Source: Eledone cirrhosa (lineage: Eukaryota). Taken from it: 64,000 nt of DNA. The notes below the pieces were generated by a model. That model was given only the letters and a program-made list of their open reading frames with translations. It was not told the origin of the DNA and did not search any database. Shown piece after piece: positions 37,001 to 50,022 of the stretch (position 1 is its first letter; each line of letters opens with the position of its first letter). The position numbers were made by a program, and so were the translations under genes. The DNA lies in NCBI GenBank assembly GCA_964016885.1, contig OZ024743.1, forward strand, positions 111,042,001 through 111,106,000, in the 5' to 3' direction.

Positions 37001-39251
37001 GCCCTACGAGCTTTACGTAAATATGCCAGAATTGTTCTCCGATCTCCTCGAAGCACTCTACTACAACTGGCAGCAGAACGGGAGTATTCCCAGTTCTGTT
37101 AGCCGAAGCGTAGTGACACTGATAAGGAAAGACGAGAACAACAGGGACACAGACAATTTCAGGCCCATAACTCTGGTCAACACAGAGTTTGAGATTTTGG
37201 TCAAGGTGTTACCAAAGTGATTGGCACTTGTCGTCGAGGTTTTGACTGGGAAGGAGCAAATTTGCACAATCCCAACCAGGCCCACATACGACAACCTCCA
37301 CCTGATACGATACATCATAGAGAGGTGGGGTTCTGATCAATTCAGATAAATCGAAAGCATTCGATAGGGTCGAAGATCGGAACCTGGAGGCTGTCCTCAA
37401 GGCAGCTGGCTTCGGCCCCGTCTTCAGAACCTGGAATGCTGCAATGCACAGCGGCATTTGCTCATTGTTAGAGTTAATGGCCACCACTCTAAACCGTTCG
37501 GTCTGTCGTGAGTGCCCGCTCTCCTCCCTTCTGTACATATTGACTCTCGAGCCTATAATGCGGAAGCTGGAGCTGTTGCAGGGCCTCCCGGTCTCACCAG
37601 GACGCGGAAAGGCTGTGTTGGCTTATGCGGACGACATCATCGTGATGGTGTCGGACACCTCGGAAATCGAGGTGGTTGGCGACTTATTTGAGGAATATGA
37701 AAGGTTGACGGGAGCAAAACTTAACCTGGAAACGACATTGGGCTTGCAACTCAACACCTCGAGAGGCAAGTTCATGCCATCCAACAGCGTCGTTGTGCGC
37801 TGGTCGGACGGACCGGTAAAGTTGCTCGGGGTTTGGTTCGGGCCAGACCTCCAGGTGGATAAGAATTGGGATGAAGTCACGAGCAGGGTAGCCAGTCTCA
37901 CCCAAAAATGGGCTGCGATGAAGCTATCACTGAAAGGTCGGGTGGAGGTGGTGAATGCGTACATCGCTTCCACCATCTACTACCACCTGACTGTCATCCC
38001 TTGCTCCCGTTCGCGCCACGCCAACCTGGAACAGGACATCTTCATACTATTGTGGAGTGGACAGGGTCCGCTGGAGAGGCGGTCCAGCTGTTGCCAGCAC
38101 CCTCTACGTGGAGGGCTGGGCATGCCGTGGCTAATCATGCGCAGAAATGCGCTGAGGCTGCGGCATCACCAGATATTCTACCTAAACGGTGAACAGGTGT
38201 GGCCACCTTTTGTCAGAGCGTCCTTTGAGCAGCTCGTCTCTTTGACTGAGCTGCAGTTCTGGGTCAAGAAGAGACTGAGGCTGGGTGATTGGCATCTGGG
38301 ATGTTGCCCAGCATTCACTGACCTCTACCAGGCGGGCAATGCGTTCAGTGATACTTCTACTCTCGAGTTCTATAGAGGATTAGTGTGGGCAAGCATCGGA
38401 GAGGCTCTGGGCGTCGACGAACTCGAACTAAGCAGTCTGTTCCGGAGGATTTCGAGGCTGGGACGATGGAGGATTTCCAAAAATCCCTCCCTTGGTGGTG
38501 CTACCGGCGGGGCTTTGCACGTTCGAGATAAACTCTACAGGCACGGAAGTGCTGTCAGACGGACCCGCCCGAGATGGGCGCAGGGCGATGTAACCGTTCT
38601 GCACGCACTCGTGCAGTGTCCGTGCATTCCTGAGTTTTTTTAGTTATGTCGAACAGCTGTTGTCGCGTGTAGACCGGATCCGACAATGAACCGAAGCCAT
38701 AGTCAAGATCGACCCGCCGTATTCTTTTGGCTAGGAAGGGCAGGCAGTTGTCCTCTGTCTGGTGGCAGTAGCGAAATTGTTTGTATGGTGGACCAGGTTG
38801 AAAGAACTGAAGACAGACACTTTTCTCTTCGGCAAATCCCTCATCAACTTTTTCAAGTTTCACTTGGAAAGGAAGGTGAGGCTGGAGAGAAAAGTTCTGA
38901 CCCCCAGTAAATTTGCTGAATGGTGGGTGAATGTGGTGAGAATGACCCGTGTGAGTGGGCTACTCTAATCATGCGCCTATAGGTGGATTAATTTGAGTAG
39001 GAGAGGGGTGCCTTTCCCGGGTGCTCTCGAAGCGTTGGGTGGTTCAGGATTGGTGGGGTACCTAAGTGAACCCTGGGTGGTCATCCCCCCTATTGGGGAA
39101 TTTTCCTTGTATTTTTATTGTTATTTTGTTATTATTATTTATATCGTTTACACATTGTATATGTAAACCTCCACTGTACATGTCTTTTGTATTGTCCCCT
39201 GTATGTCGGCCCTTGTGGCCAATAAATGAAACTATTATTATTATTATTATT
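34024..39251 (+). mobile_element. Tx1/L1-clade LINE, full-length but decayed
   Basis: ORF1 remnants 34328-35700; APE (TWTNRMG..IDRIF); RT (DGLPYELY, NFRPITLVN, CPLSSLLY, AYADD); 3' aataaa plus (att)n. Confidence 0.92.
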
Positions 39252-42200
39252 ACAGTTGCATTTATCTGGCTTTATGTTCATACGAGTTATCACCAAGTCA
39301 CAACCAGTGACCTCAAGAGACAACAAGGTCCGCCATGTTGTAGAAAGAACATACATATTCACACATGCATCTTTAGTGTTTAGACTTGTGATGTACTTAT
39401 ATTGACAGAATCTTTCTTAGTATATGGGCAGTTCCCAATAGTACTATCTTTTGTATTTCTCCTATACGCGGGTTTCCTGGGATTTGCGATATGTAATCAT
39501 TAGACCCCTTAGGTATCATTCCCAGAGCGCCTACAACCACTGGTATTGTTTTAGTTCTCAATTTCCACATTTTTACAATTTCTATCTCCAAGTCCTTATA
39601 CTTGCTCAATTTTTCAAATGTTTTTATAGATACATTCTTGTCTATTGGAACAGACATATCAATTAGCAGGCATACCCTCTTTTGAAAGTCTTTCAATATT
39701 ATATCAGGTCTGTTTGCATCGATTTTTCAGTCTGTTTGGATGCTAAAGTTCCACAAGATTGAGATGTGATCTTTTTCAAGTATGGGAGGTGGTTGATGCT
39801 CCCACCAATTCTTTTGATGGGGCAGGTCAAAATGCTTACACATTATCCAATGTATGTATTGTGCAGCTGTCATGCCTGTTTAGGTATTCGGTTGGAGCTA
39901 TAGGACTGCACATTGAAATTATATGGTCAATGGTCTCTGGTTGTTTTTTGCATACACGGCATAATGGGCTGCCACCATTTTTTATTATGTTGGTTTGGTA
40001 ATTTTTTGTTGGCAGACACTGATCTTGTGCCGATATAATCAGTCCTTCAGTCTCCGATTTCAGTCCAGAGGATGCCAACCACTGATGGGTTAAAGTTTTG
40101 TCAACATCAGGATTGTTAGCTCGCTCTGGGTATTTTCCATACAGAGGCTTTTCTTGCCATTTCTTAGCCAGTTTCTGTAGCAGTTCTTTCTTTGCAGTTA
40201 CTTTTACCTGCTTTGCTTTTTCTGTGTTTTCCATTTCAGCAGTAAATGGGACTTCTGAAATTTGTAGTCCGTTACTGTATCTTTATGCATCTTTTGTAAT
40301 GGAATATGATCTTTAGATGCTTTCGTGTTTCAAAACGAGTTTGGTCATCCAATCATGTGATTCCCTTAGATATGTAGATAATCCAATTGTCGCAGTTTTC
40401 AACGCAATGTCTAACTGGATTAACCCACGTCCTCCTTCTTTCCTAGGGAGATATATTCTATCTATATCTGCCTTAGGGTGATGCATTCTGTGCATGGTTA
40501 AGAATTTTCGAATTTTTGTATCGAGCCTACGGATCTCTGTGCTTGACCAGTTGATGACATTGTAACTGTAGGTTACTACTGGTATGGCAAGCGTGTTTAT
40601 GGCATCGATCCTATTGCTTGCATTCAATTCCGTTCTTAAGATTGCTCTTACTCTGCGGTAACATTCCTTCCTTATCCTTTCCCTCATTGTCGAGTGCTTG
40701 ATTTCGTCTCCTTCACAAACACCTAGATATTTGTAAGTTTTTTCTTGATCAAGTTCTCTTATCACGTTCCCCCGATCAAGATTAATGTCTGAACTCTTCA
40801 GCAGCTTTCCTCTGGTGAACGTTGCTTTGGCGCATTTATCTAGTCCAAACTCCATTTTAATGTCATCACTGAACTGCTTCACAGTGGATAATAGCCCTTG
40901 CAATTGTTCATCATTTTTTGCAAATAGTTTCAGGTCATCCATGTAGAACAGGTGATTAATGGTTTTGTCATAGACTTTATATCCATGTTTTGTTTCATTA
41001 AGCATTTTACTTAATGGTATAAGTGCGATGCAGAATAAAAGCGGTGATAAAGAGTCACCCTGAAAAATTCCACAATTAATATTAACTTCTCCAGCTTCCA
41101 GTGATTTTGTTTCACTATTCAAAAGGAGTGTCGTTTTCCATGTCTTCATACTGAATGACAAAAACCTCCTGACAACGGGGGATACTTTGAAAATCTCTAA
41201 ACATTTTTCAATCCAACTGTGTGGCAAACTATCAAATGCTTTTTTATAATCTATCCAAGCAATCGATAGATTTTTGTGTCTATTATGACAATCTTCCAGT
41301 ATCATTTTGTTAACCAGAAACTGATCCTTACAGCCATATGAGCCTCGTTTACACCCTTTCTGCTCAATGGGAAATAGGTCATTTGTTATCAGGTGGTCAT
41401 ATGTGTATTCAGTTAGGACTGATGTTAAAATGTTATACATTGTGGTCAAGCAAGTTATCGGTCTGTAATTTTGGGGATTGTTTGTCTCATCATTCTTCGG
41501 AAGCAGGAATGTAATGCCGTTAACTAGCCATGAAGGTATCTTTTCTGGCTCCTTAACTATTTCATTGTAAAGTTGGGCTAACAGCTCATGAGACTCTGTG
41601 AAGGCATTTATCCAAAAGCTTTGTATTTTGTCTTTTCCTGGGGATTTCCATTTGCTGGTTTTTCTTAGAGCCAAGCGCAACTGTTCAACTGTTATATTTT
41701 CCCATGTTTGTTCCTCAAGGTGAGCTGTATCTTTCATTTGTCTGTCTATCCATGGGGCATGTATGTTATGAACTTTTTCTTCGGCCCAGATCATTTCCCA
41801 GAATTCTTGCATTTCCTCCTTGGGTGGTATTGATTTAGCAGTTATTGTTGACTTACCAATTTTTCTGTAGAAGTTTCTTTGGTTGTTTTTGAACATATTA
41901 TTGTCCTTATAGAATCTAGATCGTTTTTCACAGCGCCTTATACGAGCAGCTTTGGCCGACACTTTTTGCTTGATTATTTCTATCAGCATGTCTATGTCAC
42001 ATGTTCATTTTATACTGTACTTTTTTTTCAATTTTCTAAGTTTAGTTTGTTTAACATGTTCACCTACTTTATAGTTTGTTAAAATGTCTATGTCACATCG
42101 GAGAAGGTTTATTTGACGATTGATGTTCTCTTGCCAAGTAGATTTCTTGTGGGAATTCCTTTGTTTTTTCATCTTCACTCCACATAAGTGAGTGGTGACT

Positions 42201-42650
42201 TTAGCCGATGCATAATAGAGATGATTTAAATCAGTAATGTTTAGTTTGTTTGTGATGATAATGTTTTTGAGAATTATGTTAGTCTTGTGTATTATCTTTT
42301 GGTTCTGTTTGGAGTTCTGGATCTTAGGGAGGGTGTCTCGTTGCCCCATGTCAGATTCTTTCATTTTCATCCATTCGATCATAATTTCATCCTTCAAGTT
42401 GGCAAGTTCGTTCTCATTCATTTCTTTATCATTTACGATCTCATTATTTTCATTTGGAGTTTCATCCTGAGCATGCACTCCCTCCACTTTTTCGATCCTT
42501 TCTTTAATTTGTTCTGATGCCAGTGATTCCGCCCCAACCCTGGGATTCGAAGTGTCACATTTTTCCTCGTTTTCACTGACACATGTTTCATTTTCCCTTC
42601 GCTGACTTTGTGCTAATAGCTTTATCTGATCAATTTCTATATCAGTTAGT
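39252..42650 (-). mobile_element. R4/Dong-clade non-LTR retrotransposon (RT, CCHC, RLE), 5'-truncated and frameshifted
   Basis: ORFs 42005-42487, 40313-41989, 39836-40234 (CRVC..ETIDHIISMC) and 39397-39696 (CLLIDMS..KLSKYKDL..LLGTAHILRKIL); (TAA)n at both ends. Confidence 0.92.
40313..41989 (-). CDS. R4/Dong reverse transcriptase segment
   Basis: YRPITCL, IDYKKAFDS, GIFQGDSLSPL, FYMDD, YKYLG. Confidence 0.92.
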   Translation of the reverse strand: MLIEIIKQKVSAKAARIRRCEKRSRFYKDNNMFKNNQRNFYRKIGKSTITAKSIPPKEEMQEFWEMIWAEEKVHNIHAPWIDRQMKDTAHLEEQTWENITVEQLRLALRKTSKWKSPGKDKIQSFWINAFTESHELLAQLYNEIVKEPEKIPSWLVNGITFLLPKNDETNNPQNYRPITCLTTMYNILTSVLTEYTYDHLITNDLFPIEQKGCKRGSYGCKDQFLVNKMILEDCHNRHKNLSIAWIDYKKAFDSLPHSWIEKCLEIFKVSPVVRRFLSFSMKTWKTTLLLNSETKSLEAGEVNINCGIFQGDSLSPLLFCIALIPLSKMLNETKHGYKVYDKTINHLFYMDDLKLFAKNDEQLQGLLSTVKQFSDDIKMEFGLDKCAKATFTRGKLLKSSDINLDRGNVIRELDQEKTYKYLGVCEGDEIKHSTMRERIRKECYRRVRAILRTELNASNRIDAINTLAIPVVTYSYNVINWSSTEIRRLDTKIRKFLTMHRMHHPKADIDRIYLPRKEGGRGLIQLDIALKTATIGLSTYLRESHDWMTKLVLKHESI

Positions 42651-42653
42651 AAC

Positions 42654-42689
<36 letters not shown>

Positions 42690-42899
42690 GGCGACCTACG
42701 TAGGAAATCGTATTATCGTGAGCTCCGCAAAGGTTTGTTATTTCCGTTTGTTTAAAAATTGCCATTTATGGAAAATTTTATTGTAAACTGTTTATAAGCA
42801 CACATACATTGTTTTCCGAAAAGGACACCCAAAAAGATTGGGGCCTTGTGCCCAACATTTTAACTTTTATTATTATCCAAAATTTTCTTTGAAAAGAAA

Positions 42900-44898
42900 A
42901 TGGCTAATTCCCCTCTGCACGAAGCAGCTGAAAGCCTTCCTCACAAAATAACACCTCACACCGACACCACCATTGTAAATGTTACTACGTTTGCCAACAC
43001 AAAAAAACATATAAGCAGTAGCAATATTTTAAATTTGTCTCAGACAGACATTCATTTCCCGCCATTACCAATGACTGCAGGTGTTAAACCCTCCACCACC
43101 ACCACCACCGCGACAACCACCACCACCACCACCACCACCGCGACAACAGAAACAAAAGAAGAAAAAAATAAATTAACTCGTGACGTCGAAATGAAATCAA
43201 GCAAAATGGACTCTTCCTCACCAAAGACGACTGACGTCCCCACCACCACAACTGAAAATAAAATTAATATTAACGATAGCAACAACAACAACAATGACAT
43301 TATAAAACCGACCCTCAGTTTCGCCATCGTAGCAAAACAATTCGAAGCGTTCACGTTAACTCAAGAAGATTTAGAAAATGCCAAACAAATGCTAAAGAAA
43401 GACGGGTACAGGGTCAGCCTCACCCCCCCCCCCCCCCACACCTAATAAAATGGAGCATCGGCGCCTGTGCACCGTGTCGTATAGAACAATAAATGTAAAA
43501 TCGCGCCGAGTGGAACGGGCATCCGAGTCCCAAATCCAAAAAGCTTTGGGACATGTGTGGGCAAGAAAAACCCACATCAGACGTGGGCAAAAGTATGGAA
43601 CCGTGGATGTGTTCTTTGAGACACCAGAGGAGGCTAGAGAACACTCCATGGCCCCATTAAAAAGTGACGACCTCACACTCGTCCCAAGCTATTGTGGCCA
43701 GAGACTCGTAAAGATCAGGGTGACCCACGTTCCACCGGCCATCGAAATTCCCTGGCTAATAGCGGCTGTCCTCGCCGGCATCGAAGCCAACACGAAAATA
43801 ATAGCAGTAGCAAAAGAAAAGCAGGAAAACTGGTCCGGATCTGGGATGGAGCTCCTGATCCAAGCGGACCAAAAAAGCATTGAGGAGATCCCAGAGGTAA
43901 TAGACCTCACTGACGGCAGCCACCTCACGGTAATTGTCGAGGGCAGAAGACCTAGGTGTGTCGTTTGTGGTGAAGGAACCCACCTAAGGGCTTTCTGCCC
44001 TCAGGCTAAAAGGTTGAGGCCACCTCTCCTACCCACCCCAGTGACACAACCATCAACACCACCAGTAGCAGAGATGGCAGCAACAACTGTAGCAGCAACA
44101 ACAGAAGCAACTATAACAGCAACAACCCCAGCAACAGTAGCAAAACCAACACCACTACCACCACCAGCAAAACCAACACCACCACCACCCAACGCTTCAG
44201 AACTAGCACCAGCGCCTACACCATCCACCACACCACAACCAAAACTAACGGCTGTGGAGGATTTTCCACTCCCCGGCCTATCACAACTGGAGACAGATTG
44301 TGACGACGAGGAGTGGGAAACGATATCCGGAAAAAAAAAAGAAACCAAAAAAGAAAAAAATTCTCTTCCTTCCCCCTCCAAAAACAAAATACAGAGGGAA
44401 ACAAATAAACTAAGAAACAAAAAAGTTAGGACAGATATGCCACCATCCACACCAGCATCACCAACCCCATCAACCCAAACACCAACACCATCACCATCAT
44501 TATCCCCAGCACCACCATCACCTACACCACAAAAGTCACCAAAATGCGAACCAGAAACAAACCCACAACAAACGCAAACAAAACAAAACAACCAAAACGA
44601 TACACACTACACAGCATTAAATTTGAACAACAAGCAATTATTACACTACATCCAACACAACACCAGCATCACAGAAAAAGACTACACAACAACCCCAAAA
44701 TTCACACCACCTCCACACATACAAATCACGCGCATCACACAGAAAACGTACATGACACTAAAACAAAAATTCCCCAAAGACATCGGAGACTTCCGACAAG
44801 CACTCTCCAGGAGGATTTATAAGGACATCCTTCCTGAGGAGGCCACAAGCAGTGAAAAGGATGGAAAAGCCGTCCTTCCCCTACGAGAAGTAAGGTAA
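42900..44898 (+). CDS. Tx1 ORF1 (Thr-rich N-terminus, RRM-like region, CCHC knuckle, Pro-rich tail); split by a frameshift at the poly-C run ~43425-43438
   Basis: ORFs 42900-43445 and 43450-44898; CVVCGEGTHLRAFC (Cx2Cx4Hx4C). Confidence 0.85.
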
Positions 44899-44932
44899 GT
44901 GGTCTTTCCCATCTTTTCCACTCCTTTTCAAC

Positions 44933-46267
44933 ATGACCTCACTCAGAATAGGCAGCATAAATGCGCGTGGCTTGGGGTCGTCATGGAAGCAGGGCCACCT
45001 GTTCAACGACCTCAGGTCACTAAACATAGATGTAGTGGCCATCAGCGAGACCAGAATCTCCGAAGCACAGGCTTTCGCACCGATCTTCGGCGGCTACGAT
45101 GTGTACGCATCTCCCAGCCGTCCGGGATCGGGGGGAGGAGTTGCTGTGCTTTTTCGGAGAGGTTTGGATCTTGCCATACGGGCCATCCTCCTGGACCCAG
45201 AAGGTAAGTTGGTGGTGCTGGACGTGACCAGCGGAGACGGGCAAGCTTTCAGGTTAGTGGCCGTCTATGCCCCGACAGGAGCAGGGCGGCCTGATTTCTT
45301 CCGGCGTCTGGAGACCTTTCTTGGAACGTCCCGCTCTTTAGTGTTAGTGGGCGACTGGAACGGGATCTTAGATGCACGCTGGGATTGTGTGGGATTAGTG
45401 GACAGGGAAGGAGGGTGCAAGAGTCTCACCAACCTGCTCAGACGTTTTGAACTGTCTGACAGGTACCGAATGGATTTCCCGAATGTACCAATGTGGACTT
45501 GGACAAATCGCATAGGGTCATCCAGATCAGATCTAGATAGAGTATTTTGTAGGGAAATAGATAGGTCTAGCATAGGCTGTCCACAATTCAAGATAGTCAG
45601 CTACACGGACCACAAATTCGTGATCTGTGTGCTTGACTTAGATAGGCTTCATAGACGAGGACCCGGCTACTGGAAGCTAAACGCGTCCTTACCAGCGCGC
45701 AAGGCCTACAGAGACCGGATTAGCGAACTAGTTAAGCGGGCGTTGACGGGGGCCATCGTCAACAACAAGTGGTGGTTTGCTCTGAAAAGAGCAATTAGAA
45801 TAGAGTCCATTAGGTTTAGTAAGACTTTAGCAATAGAGAAAAATAGAGCAGAGGGAGAATTAGTTAGAAAATTAGATGAGGCGCTTAGCAAAGGCATCGC
45901 GACCGACGTACTTGCGGCGAAATTGGCCCTTGACCAATTCTTCAATGCAAAGCACGAAGGCTGCGTTGTCAGAGCTAGGGTGCGTGCTCTCAGACACGAG
46001 GGGACGAAAGCCGTTCAATGGGCCCGAGCGGCGGAGGCGCGTCGTGGCAACAAAGCCACGATCCGGTCTTTGGTGGACCACGACGGGCGCATGCTACTCG
46101 ATCCCGGGCAAATGTGTGAAGCTTTTCAGCGACACTTCGCTCAACTGTTCGGGGGCAGTGGCGGGCCGGATCGAGGGATGGACTTTAGTGTCACCTTTCG
46201 GAACCGTTCAACATCATGCGCTCGGTCTGCCAAGGATGTCCCCTCTCGTCCCTATTGTACGTATTGA
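44933..46267 (+). CDS. Tx1 ORF2 APE endonuclease and linker
   Basis: SINARGL, ISET, VYAP, GDWN, SDLDRVF, TDH, GPGYWKLN. Confidence 0.93.
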   Translation: MTSLRIGSINARGLGSSWKQGHLFNDLRSLNIDVVAISETRISEAQAFAPIFGGYDVYASPSRPGSGGGVAVLFRRGLDLAIRAILLDPEGKLVVLDVTSGDGQAFRLVAVYAPTGAGRPDFFRRLETFLGTSRSLVLVGDWNGILDARWDCVGLVDREGGCKSLTNLLRRFELSDRYRMDFPNVPMWTWTNRIGSSRSDLDRVFCREIDRSSIGCPQFKIVSYTDHKFVICVLDLDRLHRRGPGYWKLNASLPARKAYRDRISELVKRALTGAIVNNKWWFALKRAIRIESIRFSKTLAIEKNRAEGELVRKLDEALSKGIATDVLAAKLALDQFFNAKHEGCVVRARVRALRHEGTKAVQWARAAEARRGNKATIRSLVDHDGRMLLDPGQMCEAFQRHFAQLFGGSGGPDRGMDFSVTFRNRSTSCARSAKDVPSRPYCTY

Positions 46268-47715
46268 CTCTTGAGCCATTACTGCACAAACTGGAGACGT
46301 TGAGGGGGGTCCCGCGCGAACTAGGATGCGGAAGATCCGTGTCAGCATATGCTGACGATGTCACCGTAGTGGTGTCGAACGCCAAACACATCGAGGCGAT
46401 CGGCACTACACTAAGAGAATACGAAGCGGTGACAGGAGCAATGATCAACCAGGAAAAGTCAGTGGGCCTGCAGCTCGGCACCTGGAGAGGCAGGTCCATG
46501 CCGTCCAACAGCGTCGTCGGGCGCTGGACGGACGGACCGGTTAAATTGCTAGGGGTCTGGTTCGGTCCAGACCTCCAGACGGACAAAAACTGGGACGAGG
46601 TGACGAGCAGTGTGGCTTCTCTCACCCAGAAATGGGCCGAGAGGAAGCTATCCCTGAAAGGTCGAGCGGAGGTGGCGAATGCGTACATCGCATCCGTCAT
46701 CTACTACTGCCTGACCGTCGTACCTTGTCCTAAGCCCCGCCTGACTGCGCTGGAGCGTTTGCTCTTTCGCTTCTTGTGGAAGGGACGCGCTCCGATGGTC
46801 AGGCGGTCCATCTGCTGTCAACACCCGCTACGTGGAGGGCTGGGCATGCCGTGGCTTATGATGCGCAGACACGCGCTCAGGCTACGACATCTCCACCTCT
46901 TCCTCGACGGTGATCAGGTGTGGTCGCCGTTTGCAAGACACGTTTTTCCCCAGCTCGTCTCCTTGACGGAGCTGCAGTCCTGGGTCAAGCGAAGACCGAG
47001 AGGGAGCGCTTGGAGACTGGAATGTCTTCAGGCGCTGACAGCCCTCGACCAATCGGGCAATGTGATCAGTGGAAACTCCACCTTGGCGTTCTTTAGGGGA
47101 TTAGTGGAGGGGAAGAGCGACGACGTACTTGGAGAAACTCTAGGCGTCGACGAAAATCAACTAGCCAATCTCTTCGGAAGGACTTTCGGGCCGGGGCCTA
47201 TGGACAACTTCCAGAAATCCCTGGCCTGGCAGTGCTACCGAGGAGCTTTGCCAGTTCGGGATAAACTCTACAGGCATGGAGGTGCCGTCAGCCGGGCATG
47301 TCCGAGATGCGCGCAGGGCGACGAAACCGTCCTGCACGCACTCGTCCAGTGTCCGAGCATTGCTGACTTGTGGGTTTATGTCGAACACCTGCTGTCACGT
47401 GTAGGACCTATCCAGCTATCAGCTGAGTCCATCGTGAGGATTGCCCCGCCCCCTTCCTTTAGCCTGGAAGGGCAGGCAGTTTTTATCTGTCTGGTGGCCA
47501 TGGCGAAAGAGATAGTATGGTGGACACGTTTGAAAGGGCTGAAGACGAGCAGTTACCTCTTCGGTGATGCCCTGATTAACTTTTTCAAATTTTATTTGAA
47601 AAGGAAAATCAGGGTAGAGAGGGAAGTGCTCTCTTCCCAGCATTTTGTTGAAAGATGGGTGAGAGAAGCAAGTATGGCCCGAATGAATGGGCCTTCTCTG
47701 AGTATGTGTCTGTAA
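46216..47715 (+). CDS. Tx1 ORF2 RT C-terminal half and zinc finger
   Basis: QGCPLSSLLY, AYADD, LLGVWFG, GGLG, CPRC..ETVLHALVQC. Confidence 0.92.
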   Translation: MRSVCQGCPLSSLLYVLTLEPLLHKLETLRGVPRELGCGRSVSAYADDVTVVVSNAKHIEAIGTTLREYEAVTGAMINQEKSVGLQLGTWRGRSMPSNSVVGRWTDGPVKLLGVWFGPDLQTDKNWDEVTSSVASLTQKWAERKLSLKGRAEVANAYIASVIYYCLTVVPCPKPRLTALERLLFRFLWKGRAPMVRRSICCQHPLRGGLGMPWLMMRRHALRLRHLHLFLDGDQVWSPFARHVFPQLVSLTELQSWVKRRPRGSAWRLECLQALTALDQSGNVISGNSTLAFFRGLVEGKSDDVLGETLGVDENQLANLFGRTFGPGPMDNFQKSLAWQCYRGALPVRDKLYRHGGAVSRACPRCAQGDETVLHALVQCPSIADLWVYVEHLLSRVGPIQLSAESIVRIAPPPSFSLEGQAVFICLVAMAKEIVWWTRLKGLKTSSYLFGDALINFFKFYLKRKIRVEREVLSSQHFVERWVREASMARMNGPSLSMCL

Positions 47716-48799
47716 ATTAAAGGTGGAAAACTGGGAGAGGGCACTTGCCCTGGTGGTCAGGGCCACTGTGGTCTTTTAATGGGCTTTCTCCACAAATGTC
47801 CCTTGGAAGTCTCCCCCCTATTGGGGAATTTTTTCTTTGTTATTTTATTTCAACCTCTGTTTTTTTTACACGCAGAAATGCCCATTTGTACCGTCCTGTA
47901 TTGTCCTGTATTGTCCTTAATGTCTACTTTATGTGAACCCTTGTGGTTAATAAAGAAAACATTATTATTATTATTATTATTATTATATGCGGCTGATTTG
48001 AATATCAGTAGAGCATCGCACACCCTGTTTTGTGGCATATAATTACGACTCTTTACGTTCTGAATTCAAATCCCACCTTTCATATGTACGGGTTCGATAA
48101 AATAAAGTATTCGTAATACACTGGGGTCAATTTAATTGACTTACACATCCCCAAAAATGGTTGGACATATGCTTAACTTAGAAGCAATTATTATTATTAT
48201 TGTATTATATCATAATTATTTATGTTCATACACGGTACATAACTATTAAGTTTACATGGCCCAATATTGACCATACATCCAGGCTGTAAGAGATACATAT
48301 CATCGAAAGTAATGCGTTGAAAGTAAAAACGCTAGTTTACGGAAAACGTATTATAACAGGGAAATAACATCAAGTTGGCAATTTGAAATCGTAGACGTGT
48401 TATTGTTCGTAGGCTATAGCAGAATCATATTAACATGTGGTGGGCTCTAATATAGAGATGGTAATATTTCGTAAAGTATGAAGTATAGAAGTATAGATGG
48501 TATTATGTAAGTTTAAAAAACGAAAGAGAGCGGAAATATATTACGTAAGTATATTAATCAAAAGAAGGTGTTGAAAATCAATTGAATTTGTTGAGTATTT
48601 TCACGTGAACTTAGATAAATATTATAATAGTTCAGTTCTCTTCCCGATTGAGCAGCTTTCCTTTTCAATATTTTCCTTTATATATATATATATGATGTAT
48701 GTCTGCAACAGTCCAACAGAGATAACAAAGCAGACGACATAATACAATGAAGAAGTACATTATCAGTTTTACGCTTGATATAGTTGGAAAATATACATA

Positions 48800-49170
<371 letters not shown>

Positions 49171-49884
49171 ATTACACAATTATCAAAGTTATGTTCAAAC
49201 CATTTAATTGCTGACAATCGTTTCTTCCCAACTTTCGTTTGGGTTTCCATCGGAGTATTAGCAATGTGTGTACATATAACCAACCTCCTATTAAACTAAA
49301 CAATCATATAGATACATATATATTGATGTTGTGAACAACCGTTTCGTATGTACAGTGTGTAATGGATGCGACATATATTATACGAGAATTGTACAAAAAT
49401 AAAAATTAAAATTAAAAGTATAGAGTGGAACACATGCGACAGATAATATTAGACAATAGTCTAATAATTAAAGAGACTATGAGGACACTATGCAAGCCTG
49501 TAGGAAGTGCACATGCGTTAGTCATATATATGAGACGGAAGCCAGCAAAGGTATTAGGCATATATAAATAAATAAATACTGTATGGCAAAGGTATCGCAC
49601 AAAATACCAAGCAAATGTGTTACGGTGGATGTAATGTGATGTTAGTTAATGTAGTGTTCAACTTTGTATATGTTGAGAATATCAAGTTATTGTTATTTTT
49701 TCAATTACATGTGTTAAATTATATTGTACTTAATGTTTATATTGAATGTTTTAGTTAGTTCCTGCTCTTTAAAACACCTGATATTCTTACATTGAGCTAT
49801 TTCTCTTACTGGTAATTAGGTAGTAATAAATTACTGACCTTTCCTGTTTATAGTTGCCTATAGTATAAATAGTATCATTATAGC

Positions 49885-49990
49885 CGGGGTTAACTTTGCC
49901 TCTCATCCTTACAGGGTCGATAAAATAAAGTACCAGTAATGTACTGAGTAATTGCTGGCCTTGTGCCAAAGGTAGAAACAATTATTATTA
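49885..49990 (+). mobile_element. SINE 3' half
   Basis: Core and tail. Confidence 0.85.

Positions 49991-50022
<32 letters not shown>

Larger units (their letters stand above)
42690..47987 (+). mobile_element. Young Tx1/L1-clade LINE with internal RT deletion, flanked by (TTA)n
   Basis: Two-ORF layout, long open frames, aataaa plus (att)n tail. Confidence 0.95.
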
